From Balanoglossus misakiensis (taxonomy: Eukaryota; Animalia; Hemichordata): a DNA stretch of 64,000 bases. Below, piece after piece: positions 25,326-39,600 of the stretch. The stretch is from contig CM082593.2 of the NCBI GenBank assembly GCA_040954595.2, positions 11,359,477 to 11,423,476 on the forward strand. The letters are read 5' to 3'. A program made the position numbers and the translations under genes. The notes beneath the pieces are model-generated. The model worked only from the letters and a program-made list of their open reading frames with translations, had not been told where the DNA came from and made no database searches. Numbering within the stretch: position 1 is the stretch's first letter; the number at the start of each line of letters is the position of its first letter.

Positions 25326-28300
25326 AAGATTATAGTGAAGGCAGGGCTTATTACATTGAAAATTCTACCCAACCTTAATTACACGTATGTATATCCTTTG
25401 TCTAATCATTGGAAAAACAATGTACATGTACCAAAGACTAAGTAGCTATTTGAAGGTGAATCGCAAGTGGGCACTTTTATTACTTAACCTCAAGCAGTCG
25501 GTTAGCTACCGTATACTAAGACAAACATTCCTGGTGTAATTAACATCACTGTCATTAGTAATATCTATCTCCAATCAGTATCAGTTCTGCCTTTATGTTA
25601 TTTTAAGTCAATTGTCAAGGTTCATGTACATATATTACAGCTTAACTGTCTTGTCAAAAACTTACGCATGTACATGTACCTAATTCTAGGCTTACCTGTA
25701 GGGTTAGAGATACAGTGTTTTATATTAATATGCATTAATATGAAACTAAAATTTGATGGTTAATTTAAGACCCCCCTGAGCAATGGTAACCTCGTTAAAT
25801 ATGTGCATATCTAATTCTAGGCTATTCAGCTGAAGTAGAAACCTGGACATGGACAACTTCGGGGTCAAAATCTTTTGACAAACATTTGTGTGATCTTGGG
25901 TAAACTTTGACCTACATTCCTATATTTTAGCATCCGGAGCAGATACAACCTTGACACTTGGAGTGATGGAACTATTTGATTGAGTATTATGTCTTGCCTC
26001 ATTAATTATGTACTTACCTAATGCCAGCCTAACCAATAGGGCTGGAAGTCTGGCTTTTTGGACATGATAAATTTGAGATCAACATTTTTCTACAGCAGCC
26101 AGCCTTCTCTTAAAAAGAATGGACAATATAAAGGCTTTGATGGTATACTGAACTTTTGACTCCCTCCCTGAGACTGTGTGCCAATGACGGGATAGCCTAC
26201 TCAGCGTTGGGTAGATCCTAAGAAGGCCTCAGCCAGGCATCAAATACAAAAAGCAGAAATCCAAGCTTTAATGGTGGGTTACATCGTTAACTTCCCTGCA
26301 GAGCTGATTTCTCAGACTGTGAGCCAATGACGGGTAAAGCCCCTAGGTAGGGGCCACCTAAGACAGGCTGGTCATGCTTTAATCACAAAGAAGGGCAAGT
26401 TCAGTCTTACCACAACTTTGTCTGCTGTATATGCTTCATAAAGATTGCAGAGTATTTTGAGAATACATTGTGTTAAGGCAGTGTGACCAGCTAAAAAGTA
26501 CTGGCAAACACAGCCAATGTGTAATGAAAAACATCTAATTTGGCTGAATAAAAGACATAAAACACAGCAAAAGCACTGTGACTAGCTTAGACATAATACT
26601 CCATTATGCAGTTCCATCACTCCAAGTGTCAAGGATGTATCTGTGCCGGATGCCAAGATATAGGAATGTAGGTCAAAGTTTACCCAAGATCACCCAACAT
26701 TTTGTCATAAGATTTTGACCCCAAAGTTGTCCATGTCCAGGTTTCTACCGCAACTGGATAGCCTAGAATTAGATATGTACATATTTAATGAGGTTACCAT
26801 GGATCAAGGCAGTCCTAAGTAAACCATCAAATTTTTAGTTTCATGTTAATTCATGTTAATATAAAACGCTGTATCTCTAACCCACTGGTATGCCATTCTG
26901 TGTTTCATGCTACCCAATATGGGTAAGTAGGTAAAAAGTCACCCTAGGCCATTAGAAATTTTCCTGAAAAAATCTCATCTCTTACATATGTACATTTGGT
27001 AAAAGGGAAATTTTAATCACGGAGTAGAACATATTCATAAAAAATATTTGAGGGAAAGAAGGAAGTTTTTCATAGCTTTGGTGCTTCAAATAGTAGAGAG
27101 GTTCCCTTGTTATCCTTAGACTCAAACTCAGAGTTTCCAATCTTTCAGTATTTTCATGATATTACTTTCCATCTTAGATTTGTTCATCTAAACAAACTGA
27201 CTGATAGGTATACATGAACATTTTATTGACTAATGAATGTGCCTGTATGTTGCCATTTAAAAAAGTCAGATATTAAACGAGCGCCACACCTGTTTTAATC
27301 AGCCTCCATATGGAGGGTACACATCGCAGAGAGATGACAAACCCCATGCAAATTCAAGTAATATGGCTCAATGTTGCTGATTTTAAAGGATAGGTGGATG
27401 ATTTGAAAAATGTTATTGTGGAAAAAGATGTGTAAAATTTGGCAGCTTGTGAGGCTTTAATTGTAAAATCTTTGAAATGTGTTTTACTCTTTAGGTCCAA
27501 TTTCGTATATGTCAATATACCATTGGGACCAATGTGAAATTGTTCTAAACTCAGAAACTCAAGAAGGTACTGGTCAGATTGCTTTAGAAATTGGTGTGTA
27601 TTTATGTTATTAAGACTTTATACAGATTTTGTTTTTCATTTTTGAAGTATATTTTTGGGGTGATTTTGGTCGTCATATACTCAGAAACCTCTACCCACAT
27701 TTTTTTTAAAATTTGGTTTGCATGTTCTTAGGTGTGATTTTATGACAATTTAACAAACCCAGTGATGGAAGTGACAATATTGTTTTTGTTTCTTTTTGGC
27801 AATTTCTGCCATTTTTGTCTGATTGCTTTGCAATTTAGTTTGCAGTTTCTAGGGAATTCTTACTGTGGTGCACAAAATTCACAAAGGTGATTTACTATCC
27901 TCATGCGCTTTGTTGAACTGGCACCCTGTTGCAAAACAGACATTACAACACTCTTTGAATTGAATTCATAGCTACCAATTTTTCGGGGGTGTAGCACCTT
28001 TTTTATGCCTAAAACTTTGATCGAGAACTTCAAATTAAATGCAACCCTCCAAATATTTGCAATATTTCAGGTAAAATGATATAATTTTAAAGCATAAATT
28101 TTGATGTATTCATAATCATTAAGAGAAACACATTTTGAAAATAGAATATTAATCACACTAGCAGTTATAATACTTTTGAATCATCACTAAAGAACATATA
28201 GAAAAATTAAACAGGTTTTAATTTTTTATATTTGAACGCAAAGCGTAAATTCCCTTGTGCCATGGAATTGACAATCTGCAACTGGTGGGGTCCTTCTGCC

Positions 28301-30615
28301 AGTAAAAAGCATCAGATAAATTCTGCATGCTCATCACCGAGGCAATTTAGGTGTACTTTTGTACTTTGAGAACTGTCGGTTTTCGCAACTGAAACTCTGT
28401 TCACAGGACAGAGGAAAAACTAGAATGACAACAGCTATGTAAGCTAACAAAAGGAACACAGGGCATAGTTCTCCATACTCACATTTTAATGCAATAATTT
28501 TTGCTGAAACTGGGGCGTCCGTGGGCAGGCAAAGGCAGTTCTAACTCGACTTGCAAATAAGGCCCATGTCTCTTGTTCACTGAGATTGTCTGGTTGTAAT
28601 AATAGCTGTAAGAACTTGATCATTGACCGAACTGTTGGTTCAATTTTGCAACAATTTTTGATTTCAAGCTGTGCAATATTTGCAACTCAGTTTCAACTTT
28701 GGTTGGAGGGATGATGATGAAGCCATTTCACTGACACAATAGCGCTACTGACTGATGTCAATGTTTGTTTACAGTCAAATGCATTGCCATCATAAAAATA
28801 CATGTGAGAAATTTCTTATGTGTATGATACACACTTTTGTGCATGACTGCAAACTCTGTTACAGTTGTGAAATTCTATGGGTTGAATTCATTGGGTAGAA
28901 TTCATGTTTTTTGGATTCTTAAACAACCAGTCACGAAAGCTAAGTGGTTACCTCAGAGAAACTGTGTTAAATTTGGTCATCAATTGCTTTAAATCACACA
29001 AGACATTCCCAGAGCTAAAGTTACTGCAGCAGTCAGTTTCAACTCAGCTTGCAAATTGGGATCATGTCTTGTGTTCATCGAGACTGTCTGTAGTTGAGTT
29101 GACAGTCCTATGGGGTCAATGATGAACCTACAAATGTTCTTTCCAATGAAATTGTTATAAATCTAATATTCAGGATTTGCATTCATACCTTAAACAATAT
29201 AACTGTATTGCAAATATGGCAACTCTTATAAGTTACATTGGAACACCTTCTCGCCACTGTTTGTGCCAAAATGGTGAATAAGCTTTCATTTTCAAGCCTT
29301 AACATAGGCACCCAAAACAAGACAACAGCATTGCAAATATGGCATTTTTTGTTCAACTCTTCTCATTTGCATAGTCCAAAATGGCCGCCAAACTCCTCTA
29401 ACATGTAAATTTCCTATGGTCGTCTTAAAAAGCGTGTAGTATCGCATTTGAAGGGTTTTCATCAATATAGGTACCTAAAACAATTTCAACGTGGTTGACA
29501 TTGCAATGTTAGACAGCTGTTCTAATTTGCATAATCTAGAATGGCCGACAAACTTCTCTAACATGTAAATTTACTATGGTTGTCTTTAATAGAGTGTAAT
29601 ATCGCATTTGCAGGGTTTTCATCAATATGGGTACCTAAAACAATTTCAACGTCGTTGACATGGCAATATTAGACAGCTGTTCTAATTTGCATAATCCAAA
29701 ATGGCCACCAAACTCTTCTTAAATGTAAATTTCCCTGTTTTGTCTTATATGGTGCCTAAAATCGCATTTGCAGGGTTTTCATCAATATGGGTAACTAAAA
29801 CAATTTCAGCGTGGTTGACATGGCAATATTAGACAACTGTTCTAATTTGCATAATCAAAAATGGCCGACAAACTTCTCTATTATGTAAGTTTCCCTGGTT
29901 TGTCTTATATGGTGTGTAATATCGCATTTTCACGGTTTTAATTAATATGGGTACCTAAAACAATTTCAACGTGGTTGACATGGCAATATTAGACAACTGT
30001 TCTAATTTGCATAATTCGAACACCTGCTGGATAATTTAATTTTTGCCCTTCTTGTCCCATGATTATATGTGTAATATCTCATTTTCAATGTGTTTACATG
30101 TATATGCAGAATCCATTTCAAACTAAGTGGGCATATTGTAGCGCCAATCTTATTTCTTAATCCGCACCACAGAACTGATGCAAGGTTTAGGACTGGAAAT
30201 GTATGTGGCCACTGGCCGACACCCCGGGCGAGAGGTCTCCAATTATTTTCAGCACGTAGTGTGCTTCCCGGTTGATAACATCAATATGTGTAAATGCCAA
30301 AAACCCGACCTATTGTAATACCAGTCAAATTTTCTTTGTCATTTACCATTTTTCTCTTGCATATGAAGGTTTTTCTTAAAGAGTACATACCCATATACAT
30401 TTGTATGGGAGCACACACCCCACCCCCTGCCAACAATAATTGGACAACTTTATTCTTCTTATACTTCTTTTTAGTCTAAACATTCATATAGAGAAGGCAA
30501 CATGTTCTTGAAGCTGCTGAATATGGAAATATGATGAAGTACATTTTCCTAGTTGTACATGTACAGTATGATAGGCCCAATGTACCAATTGGAGATGTGT
30601 GCCTTACAGGCAACA
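25326..30615 (-). repeat. Right arm of the large inverted duplication; ends at the satellite
   Basis: Reverse complement of the left arm; lacks the MITE and the HINE insertions; last matching bases GCCTTACAGGCAACA at 30601-30615. Confidence 0.85.
29365..30015. repeat. 160-bp tandem repeat, about 4 units
   Basis: TCTAATTTGCATAAT at about 29522, 29681, 29842 and 30002. Confidence 0.85.
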
Positions 30616-30621
30616 TACATG

Positions 30622-33600
30622 TAGCTCTGCATGGCCTGGTTAATCAATGTTGACGCAAAGGTTGACCCCACCAAACACTCAAAATTAATGGGCACGACAC
30701 TGGCCACTAGCTCTGCATGGCCTGGTTAATCAATGTTGACGCAAAGGTTGACCCCACCAAACACTCAAAATTAATGGGCACGACACTGGCCACTAGCTCT
30801 GCATGGCCTGGTTAATCAATGTTGTCGCAAAGGTTGACCCCACCAAACACTCAAAATTAATGGGCACGACACTGGCCGCTAGCTCTGCATGGCCTGGTTA
30901 ATCAATGTTGACGCAAAGGTTGACCCCACCAAACACTCAAAATTAATGGGCACGACACTGGCCACTAGCTCTGCATGGCCTGGTTAATCAATGTTGACGC
31001 AAAGGTTGACCCCACCAAACACTCAAAATTAATGGGCACGACACTGGCCGCTAGCTCTGCATGGCCTGGTTAATCAATGTTGACGCAAAGGTTGACCCCA
31101 CCAAACACTCAAAATTGATGGGCACGACACTGGCCGCTAGCTCTGCATGGCCTGGTTAATCAATGTTGACGCAAAGGTTGACCCCACCAAACACTCAAAA
31201 TTGATGGGCACGACACTGGCCGCTAGCTCTGCATGGCCTGGTTAATCAATGTTGACGCAAAGGTTGACCCCACCAAACACTCAAAATTGATGGGCACGAC
31301 ACTGGCCACTAGCTCTGCATGGCCTGGTTAATCAATGTTGACGCAAAGGTTGACCCCACCAAACACTCAAAATTGATGGGCACGACACTGGCCACTAGCT
31401 CTGCATGGCCTGGTTAATCAATGTTGACGCAAAGGTTGACCCCACCAAACACTCAAAATTGATAGGCATGACACTGGCCACTAGCTCTGCATGGCCTGGT
31501 TAATCAATGTTGACGCAAAGGTTGACCCCACCAAACACTCAAAATTGATGGGCACGACACTGGCCACTAGCTCTGCATGGCCTGGTTAATCAATGTTGAC
31601 GCAAAGGTTGACCCCACCAAACACTCAAAATTGATGGGCACGACACTGGCCACTAGCTCTGCATGGCCTGGTTAATCAATGTTGACGCAAAGGTTGACCC
31701 CACCAAACACTCAAAATTGATGGGCACGACACTGGCCACTAGCTCTGCATGGCCTGGTTAATCAATGTTGACGCAAAGGTTGACCCCACCAAACACTCAA
31801 AATTGATGGGCACGACACTGGCCACTAGCTCTGCATGGCCTGGTTAATCAATGTTGACGCAAAGGTTGACCCCACCAAACACTCACAATTGATGGGCACG
31901 ACACTGGCCACTAGCTCTGCATGGCCTGGTTAATCAATGTTGACGCAAAGGTTGACCCCACCAAACACTCACAATTGATGGGCACGACACTGGCCACTAG
32001 CTCTGCATGGCCTGGTTAATCAATGTTGACGCAAAGGTTGACCCCACCAAACACTCAAAATTGATGGGCACGACACTGGCCACTAGCTCTGCATGGCCTG
32101 GTCAATCAATGTTGACGCAAAGGTTGACCCCACCAAACACTCAAAATTGATGGGCACGACACTGGCCACTAGCTCTGCATGGCCTGGTTAATCAATGTTG
32201 ACGCAAAGGTTGACCCCACCAAACACTCAAAATTGATGGGCACGACACTGGCCACTAGCTCTGCATGGCCTGGTTAATCAATGTTGACGCAAAGAATGAC
32301 CCCACCAAACACTCAAAATTGATGGGCACGACACTGGCCACTAGCTCTGCATGGCCTGGTTAATCAATGTTGACGCAAAGGTTGACCCCACCAAACACTC
32401 AAAATTGATAGGCACGACACTGGCCACTAGCTCTGCATGGCCTGGTTAATCAATGTTGACGCAAAGGTTGACCCCACCAAACACTCAAAATTGATGGGCA
32501 CGACACTGGCCACTAGCTCTGCATGGCCTGGTTAATCAATGTTGACGCAAAGGTTGACCCCACCAAACACTCAAAATTGATGGGCACGACACTGGCCACT
32601 AGCTCTGCATGGCCTGGTTAATCAATGTTGACGCAAAGGTTGACCCCACCAAACACTCAAAATTGATGGGCACGACACTGGCCACTAGCTCTGCATGGCC
32701 TGGTTAATCAATGTTGACGCAAAGGTTGACCCCACCAAACACTCAAAATTGATGGGCACGACACTGGCCACTAGCTCTGCATGGCCTGGTTAATCAATGT
32801 TGACGCAAAGGTTGACCCCACCAAACACTCAAAATTGATGGGCACGACACTGGCCACTAGCTCTGCATGGCCTGGTTAATCAATGTTGACGCAAAGGTTG
32901 ACCCCGCCAAACACTCACAATTGATGGGCACGACACTGGCCACTAGCTCTGCATGGCCTGGTTAATCAATGTTGACGCAAAGGTTGACCCCGCCAAACAC
33001 TCAAAATTGATGGGCACGACACTGGCCACTAGCTCTGCATGGCCTGGTTAATCAATGTTGACGCAAAGGTTGACCCCACCAAACACTCAAAATTGATGGG
33101 CACGACACTGGCCACTAGCTCTGCATGGCCTGGTTAATCAATGTTGACGCAAAGGTTGACCCCACCAAACACTCAAAATTGATGGGCACGACACTGGCCA
33201 CTAGCTCTGCATGGCCTGGTTAATCAATGTTGACGCAAAGGTTGACCCCACCAAACACTCAAAATTGATGGGCACGACACTGGCCACTAGCTCTGCATGG
33301 CCTGGTTAATCAATGTTGACGCAAAGGTTGACCCCACCAAACACTCACAATTGATGGGCACGACACTGGCCACTAGCTCTGCATGGCCTGGTTAATCAAT
33401 GTTGACGCAAAGGTTGACCCCGCCAAACACTCACAATTGATGGGCACGACACTGGCCACTAGCTCTGCATGGCCTGGTTAATCAATGTTGACGCAAAGGT
33501 TGACCCCACCAAACACTCAAAATTGATGGGCACGACACTGGCCACTAGCTCTGCATGGCCTGGTCAATCAATGTTGACGCAAAGGTTGACCCCACCAAAC

Positions 33601-36600
33601 ACTCAAAATTGATGGGCACGACACTGGCCACTAGCTCTGCATGGCCTGGTTAATCAATGTTGACGCAAAGGTTGACCCCACCAAACACTCAAAATTGATG
33701 GGCACGACACTGGCCACTAGCTCTGCATGGCCTGGTTAATCAATGTTGACGCAAAGGTTGACCCCACCAAACACTCAAAATTGATGGGCACGACACTGGC
33801 CACTAGCTCTGCATGGCCTGGTTAATCAATGTTGACGCAAAGGTTGACCTCACCAAACACTCAAAATTGATGGGCACGACACTGGCCACTAGCTCTGCAT
33901 GGCCTGGCTAATCAATGTTGACGCAAAGAATGACCCCACCAAACACTCAAAATTGATGGGCACGACACTGGCCACTAGCTCTGCATGGCCTGGCTAATCA
34001 ATGTTGACGCAAAGGTTGACCCCACCAAACACTCAAAATTGATGGGCACGACACTGGCCACTAGCTCTGCATGGCCTGGTTAATCAATGTTGACGCAAAG
34101 GTTGACCCCACCAAACACTCAAAATTGATGGGCACGACACTGGCCACTAGCTCTGCATGGCCTGGTTAATCAATGTTGACGCAAAGGTTGACCCCACCAA
34201 ACACTCAAAATTGATGGGCACGACACTGGCCACTAGCTCTGCATGGCCTGGTTAATCAGGGTTGACGCAAAGGTTGACCCCACCAAACACTCAAAATTGA
34301 TGGGCACGACACTGGCCACTAGCTCTGCATGGCCTGGCTAATCAAGGTTGACGCAAAGGTTGACCCCACCAAACACTCAAAATTGATGGGCACGACACTG
34401 GCCACTAGCTCTGCATGGCCTGGTTAATCAATGTTGACGCAAAGGTTGACCCCACCAAACACTCAAAATTGATGGGCACGACACTGGCCACTAGCTCTGC
34501 ATGGCCTGGCTAATCAATGTTGACGCAAAGGTTGACCCCACCAAACACTCAAAATTGATGGGCACGACACTGGCCACTAGCTCTGCATGGCCTGGTTAAT
34601 CAATGTTGACGCAAAGGTTGACCCCACCAAACACTCAAAATTGATGGGCACGACACTGGCCACTAGCTCTGCATGGCCTGGTTAATCAATGTTGACGCAA
34701 AGGTTGACCCCACCAAACACTCAAAATTGATGGGCACGACACTGGCCACTAGCTCTGCATGGCCTGGTTAATCAATGTTGACGCAAAGGTTGACCCCACC
34801 AAACACTCAAAATTGATGGGCACGACACTGGCCACTAGCTCTGCATGGCCTGGTTAATCAATGTTGACGCAAAGGTTGACCCCACCAAACACTCAAAATT
34901 GATGGGCACGACACTGGCCACTAGCTCTGCATGGCCTGGTTAATCAATGTTGACGCAAAGGTTGACCCCACCAAACACTCAAAATTGATGGGCACGACAC
35001 TGGCCACTAGCTCTGCATGGCCTGGTTAATCAATGTTGACGCAAAGGTTGACCCCACCAAACACTCAAAATTGATGGGCACGACACTGGCCACTAGCTCT
35101 GCATGGCATGGTTAATCAATGTTGACGCAAAGGTTGACCTCACCAAACACTCAAAATTGATGGGCACGACACTGGCCACTAGCTCTGCATGGCCTGGTTA
35201 ATCAGGGTTGACGCAAAGGTTGACCCCACCAAACACTCAAAATTGATGGGCACGACACTGGCCACTAGCTCTGCATGGCCTGGCTAATCAGGGTTGACGC
35301 AAAGGTTGACCCCACCAAACACTCAAAATTGATGGGCACGACACTGGCCACTAGCTCTGCATGGCCTGGCTAATCAATGTTGACGCAAAGGTTGACCCCA
35401 CCAAACACTCAAAATTGATGGGCACGACACTGGCCACTAGCTCTGCATGGCCTGGCTAATCAATGTTGACGCAAAGGTTGACCCCACCAAACACTCAAAA
35501 TTGATGGGCACGACACTGGCCACTAGCTCTGCATGGCCTGGTTAATTAATGTTGACGCAAAGGTTGACCCCTCCAAACACTCAAAATTGATGGGCACGAC
35601 ACTGGCCACTAGCTCTGCATGGCCTGGCTTATCAAGGTTGACGCAAAGGTTGACCCCACCAAACACTCAAAATTGATGGGCACGACACTGGCCACTAGCT
35701 CTGCATGGCCTGGCTAATCAAGGTTGACGCAAAGGTTGACCCCACAAAAACACTCAAAATTGATGGGCACGACACAGGCCACTAGCTCTGCATGGCCTGG
35801 CTAATCAAGGTTGACGCAAAGGTTGACCTCACCAAACACTCAAAATTGATGGGCACGACACTGGCCACTAGCTCTGCATGGCCTGGTTAATCAGGGTTGA
35901 CGCAAAGGTTGACCCCACCAAACACTCAAAATTGATGGGCACGACACTGGCCACTAGCTCTGCATGGCCTGGCTAATCAGGGTTGACGCAAAGGTTGACC
36001 CCACCAAACACTCAAAATTGATGGGCACGACACTGGCCACTAGCTCTGCATGGCCTGGCTAATCAATGTGACGCAAAGGTTGACCCCACCAAACACTCAA
36101 AATTGATGGGCACGACACTGGCCACTAGCTCTGCATGGCCTGGCTAATCAATGTTGACGCAAAGGTTGACCCCACCAAACACTCAAAATTGATGGGCACG
36201 ACACTGGCCACTAGCTCTGCATGGCCTGGTTAATTAATGTTGACGCAAAGGTTGACCCCTCCAAACACTCAAAATTGATGGGCACGACACTGGCCACTAG
36301 CTCTGCATGGCCTGGCTTATCAAGGTTGACGCAAAGGTTGACCCCACCAAACACTCAAAATTGATGGGCACGACACTGGCCACTAGCTCTGCATGGCCTG
36401 GCTAATCAAGGTTGACGCAAAGGTTGACCCCACAAAAACACTCAAAATTGATGGGCACGACACTGGCCACTAGCTCTGCATGGCCTGGCTAATCAAGGTT
36501 GACGCAAAGGTTGACTCCACCAAACACTCAAAATTGATGGGCACGACACTGGCCACTAGCTCTGCATGGCCTGGCTAATCAAGACCTGGCTAATCAAGGT

Positions 36601-39600
36601 TGACGCAAAGGTTGACCCCACCAAACACTCAAAATTGATGGGCACGACACTGGCCACTAGCTCTGGCCTGGCTAATCAAGGTTGACGCAAAGGTTGACCC
36701 CACCAAACACTCAAAATTAATGGGCACGACACTGGCCACTAGCTCTGGGCTGGCTAATCAATGTTGACGCAAAGGTTGACCCCACCAAACACTCAAAATT
36801 AATGGGCACGACACTGGCCACTAGCTCTGCCTGGCCTGGCTAATCAATGTTGACGCAAAGGTTGACCCCACCAAACACTCAAAATTAATGGGCACGACAC
36901 TGGCCACTAGCTCTGGGCTGGCTAATCAATGTTGACGCAAAGGTTGACCCCACCAAACACTCAAAATTAATGGGCACGACACTGGCCACTAGCTCTGGGC
37001 TGGCTAATCAATGTTGACGCAAAGGTTGACCCCACCAAACACTCAAAATTAATGGGCACGACACTGGCCACTAGCTCTGCATGGCCTGGCTAATCAAGGT
37101 TGACGCAAAGGTTGACCCCACCAAACACTCAAAATTGATGGGCACGACACTGGCCACTAGCTCTGCATGGCCTGGCTAATCAAGGTTGACGCAAAGGTTG
37201 ACCCCACCAAACACTCAAAATTGATGGGCACGACACTGGCCACTAGCTCTGCATGGCCTGGCTAATCAAGGTTGACGCAAAGGTTGACCCCACAAAAACA
37301 CTCAAAATTGATGGGCACGACACTGGCCACTAGCTCTGCATGGCCTGGCTAATCAAGGTTGACGCAAAGGTTGACTCCACCAAACACTCAAAATTGATGG
37401 GCACGACACTGGCCACTAGCTCTGCATGGCCTGGCTAATCAAGGCCTGGCTAATCAAGGTTGACGCAAAGGTTGACCCCACCAAACACTCAAAATTGATG
37501 GGCACGACACTGGCCACTAGCTCTGGCCTGGCTAATCAAGGTTGACGCAAAGGTTGACCCCACCAAACACTCAAAATTGATGGGCACGACACTGGCCACT
37601 AGCTCTGGCCTGGCTAATCAAGGTTGACGCAAAGGTTGACCCCACCAAACACTCAAAATTGATGGGCACGACACTGGCCACTAGCTCTGGCCTGGCTAAT
37701 CAAGGTTGACGCAAGGGTTGACCCCACCAAACACTCAAAATTAATGGGCGCGACACTGGCCACTAAGCTCTGGCATGGCTAATCAATGTTGACGCAAGGG
37801 TTGACCCCACCAAACACTCACAATTGATGGGCACGACACTGGCCACTAGCTCTGCATGGCCTGGTTAATCAATGTTGACGCAAGGGTTGACCCCAGCAAA
37901 CACTCAAAATTGATGGGCACGACACTGGCCACTAGCTCTGGCCTGGCTAAACAAGGTTGACGCAAGGGTTGACCCCAGCAAACACTCAAAATTAATACGC
38001 GCGACACTGGCCACTAAGCTCTGGCCTGGCTAATCAATGTTGACGCAAGGGTTGACCCCACCAAACACTCAAAATTGATGGGCACGACACTGGCCACTAG
38101 CTCTGGCCTGGCTACTCAAGGTTGACGCAAGGGTTGACCCCACCAAACACTCAAAATTAATACACGTGACACTGGCCACTAAGCTCTGGCCTGGCTAATC
38201 AATGTTGACGCAAGGGTTGACACCACCAAACACTCATAATTGATGGGCACGACACTGGCCACTAGCTCTGGCTGGCTAATCAAGGTTGACGCAAGGGTTG
38301 ACCCCACCAAACACTCAAAATTGATGGGAACGACACTGGCCACTAACCTCTGGCCTGGCTAATCAATGTTGACGCAAAGGTTGACCCCACCAAACACTCA
38401 AAATTGATGGGCACGACACTGGCCACTAGCTCTGGCCTGGCTAATCAATGTTGACGCAAGGGTTGACCCCACCAAACACTCAAAATTGATGGGCACGACA
38501 CTGGCCACTAGCTCTGGCCTGGCTAATCAATGTTGACGCAAGGGTTGACCCCACCAAACACTCAAAATTGATGGGCACGACACTGGCCACTAGCTCTGGC
38601 CTGGCTAATCAATGTTGACGCAAGGGTTGACCCCACCAAACACTCAAAATTGATGGGCACGACACTGGCCACTAGCTCTGGCCTGGCTAATCAATGTTGA
38701 CGCAAGGGTTGACCCCACCAAACACTCAAAATTGATGGGCACGACACTGGCCACTAGCTCTGGGCTGGCTAATCAATGTTGACGCAAAGGTTGACCCCAC
38801 CAAACACTCAAAATTAATGGGCACGACACTGGCCACTAGCTCTGGGCTGGCTAATCAATGTTGACGCAAAGGTTGACCCCACCAAACACTCAAAATTAAT
38901 GGGCACGACACTGGCCACTAGCTCTGCATGGCCTGGCTAATCAATGTTGACGCAAATGTTGACCCCACCAAACACTCAAAATTGATGGGCACGACACTGG
39001 CCACTAGCTCTGCATGGCCTGGCTAATCAATGTTGACGCAAATGTTGACCCCACCAAACACTCAAAATTGATGGGCACGACACTGGCCACTAGCTCTGCA
39101 TGGCCTGGTTAATCAATGTTGACGCAAAGGTTGACCCCACCAAACACTCAAAATTGATGGGCACGACACTGGCCACTAGCTCTGCATGGCCTGGTTAATC
39201 AATGTTGACGCAAAGGTTGACCCCACCAAACACTAAAAATTGATGGGCACGACACTGGCCACTAGCTCTGCATGGCCTGGTTAATCAATGTTGACGCAAA
39301 GGTTGACTCCACCAAACACTCAAAATTGATGGGCACGACACTGGCCACTAGCTCTGCATGGCCTGGTTAATCAATGTTGACGCAGAGGTTGACGCCACCA
39401 AACACTCAAAATTAATGGGCACGACACTGGCCACTAGCTCTGCATGGCCTGGTTAATCAATGTTGACGCAAAGGTCGACGCCACCAAACACTCAAAATTA
39501 ATGGGCACGACACTGGCCACTAGCTCTGCATGGCCTGGTTAATCAATGTTGACGCAAAGGTTGACCCCACCAAACACTCAAAATTAATGGGCACGACACT

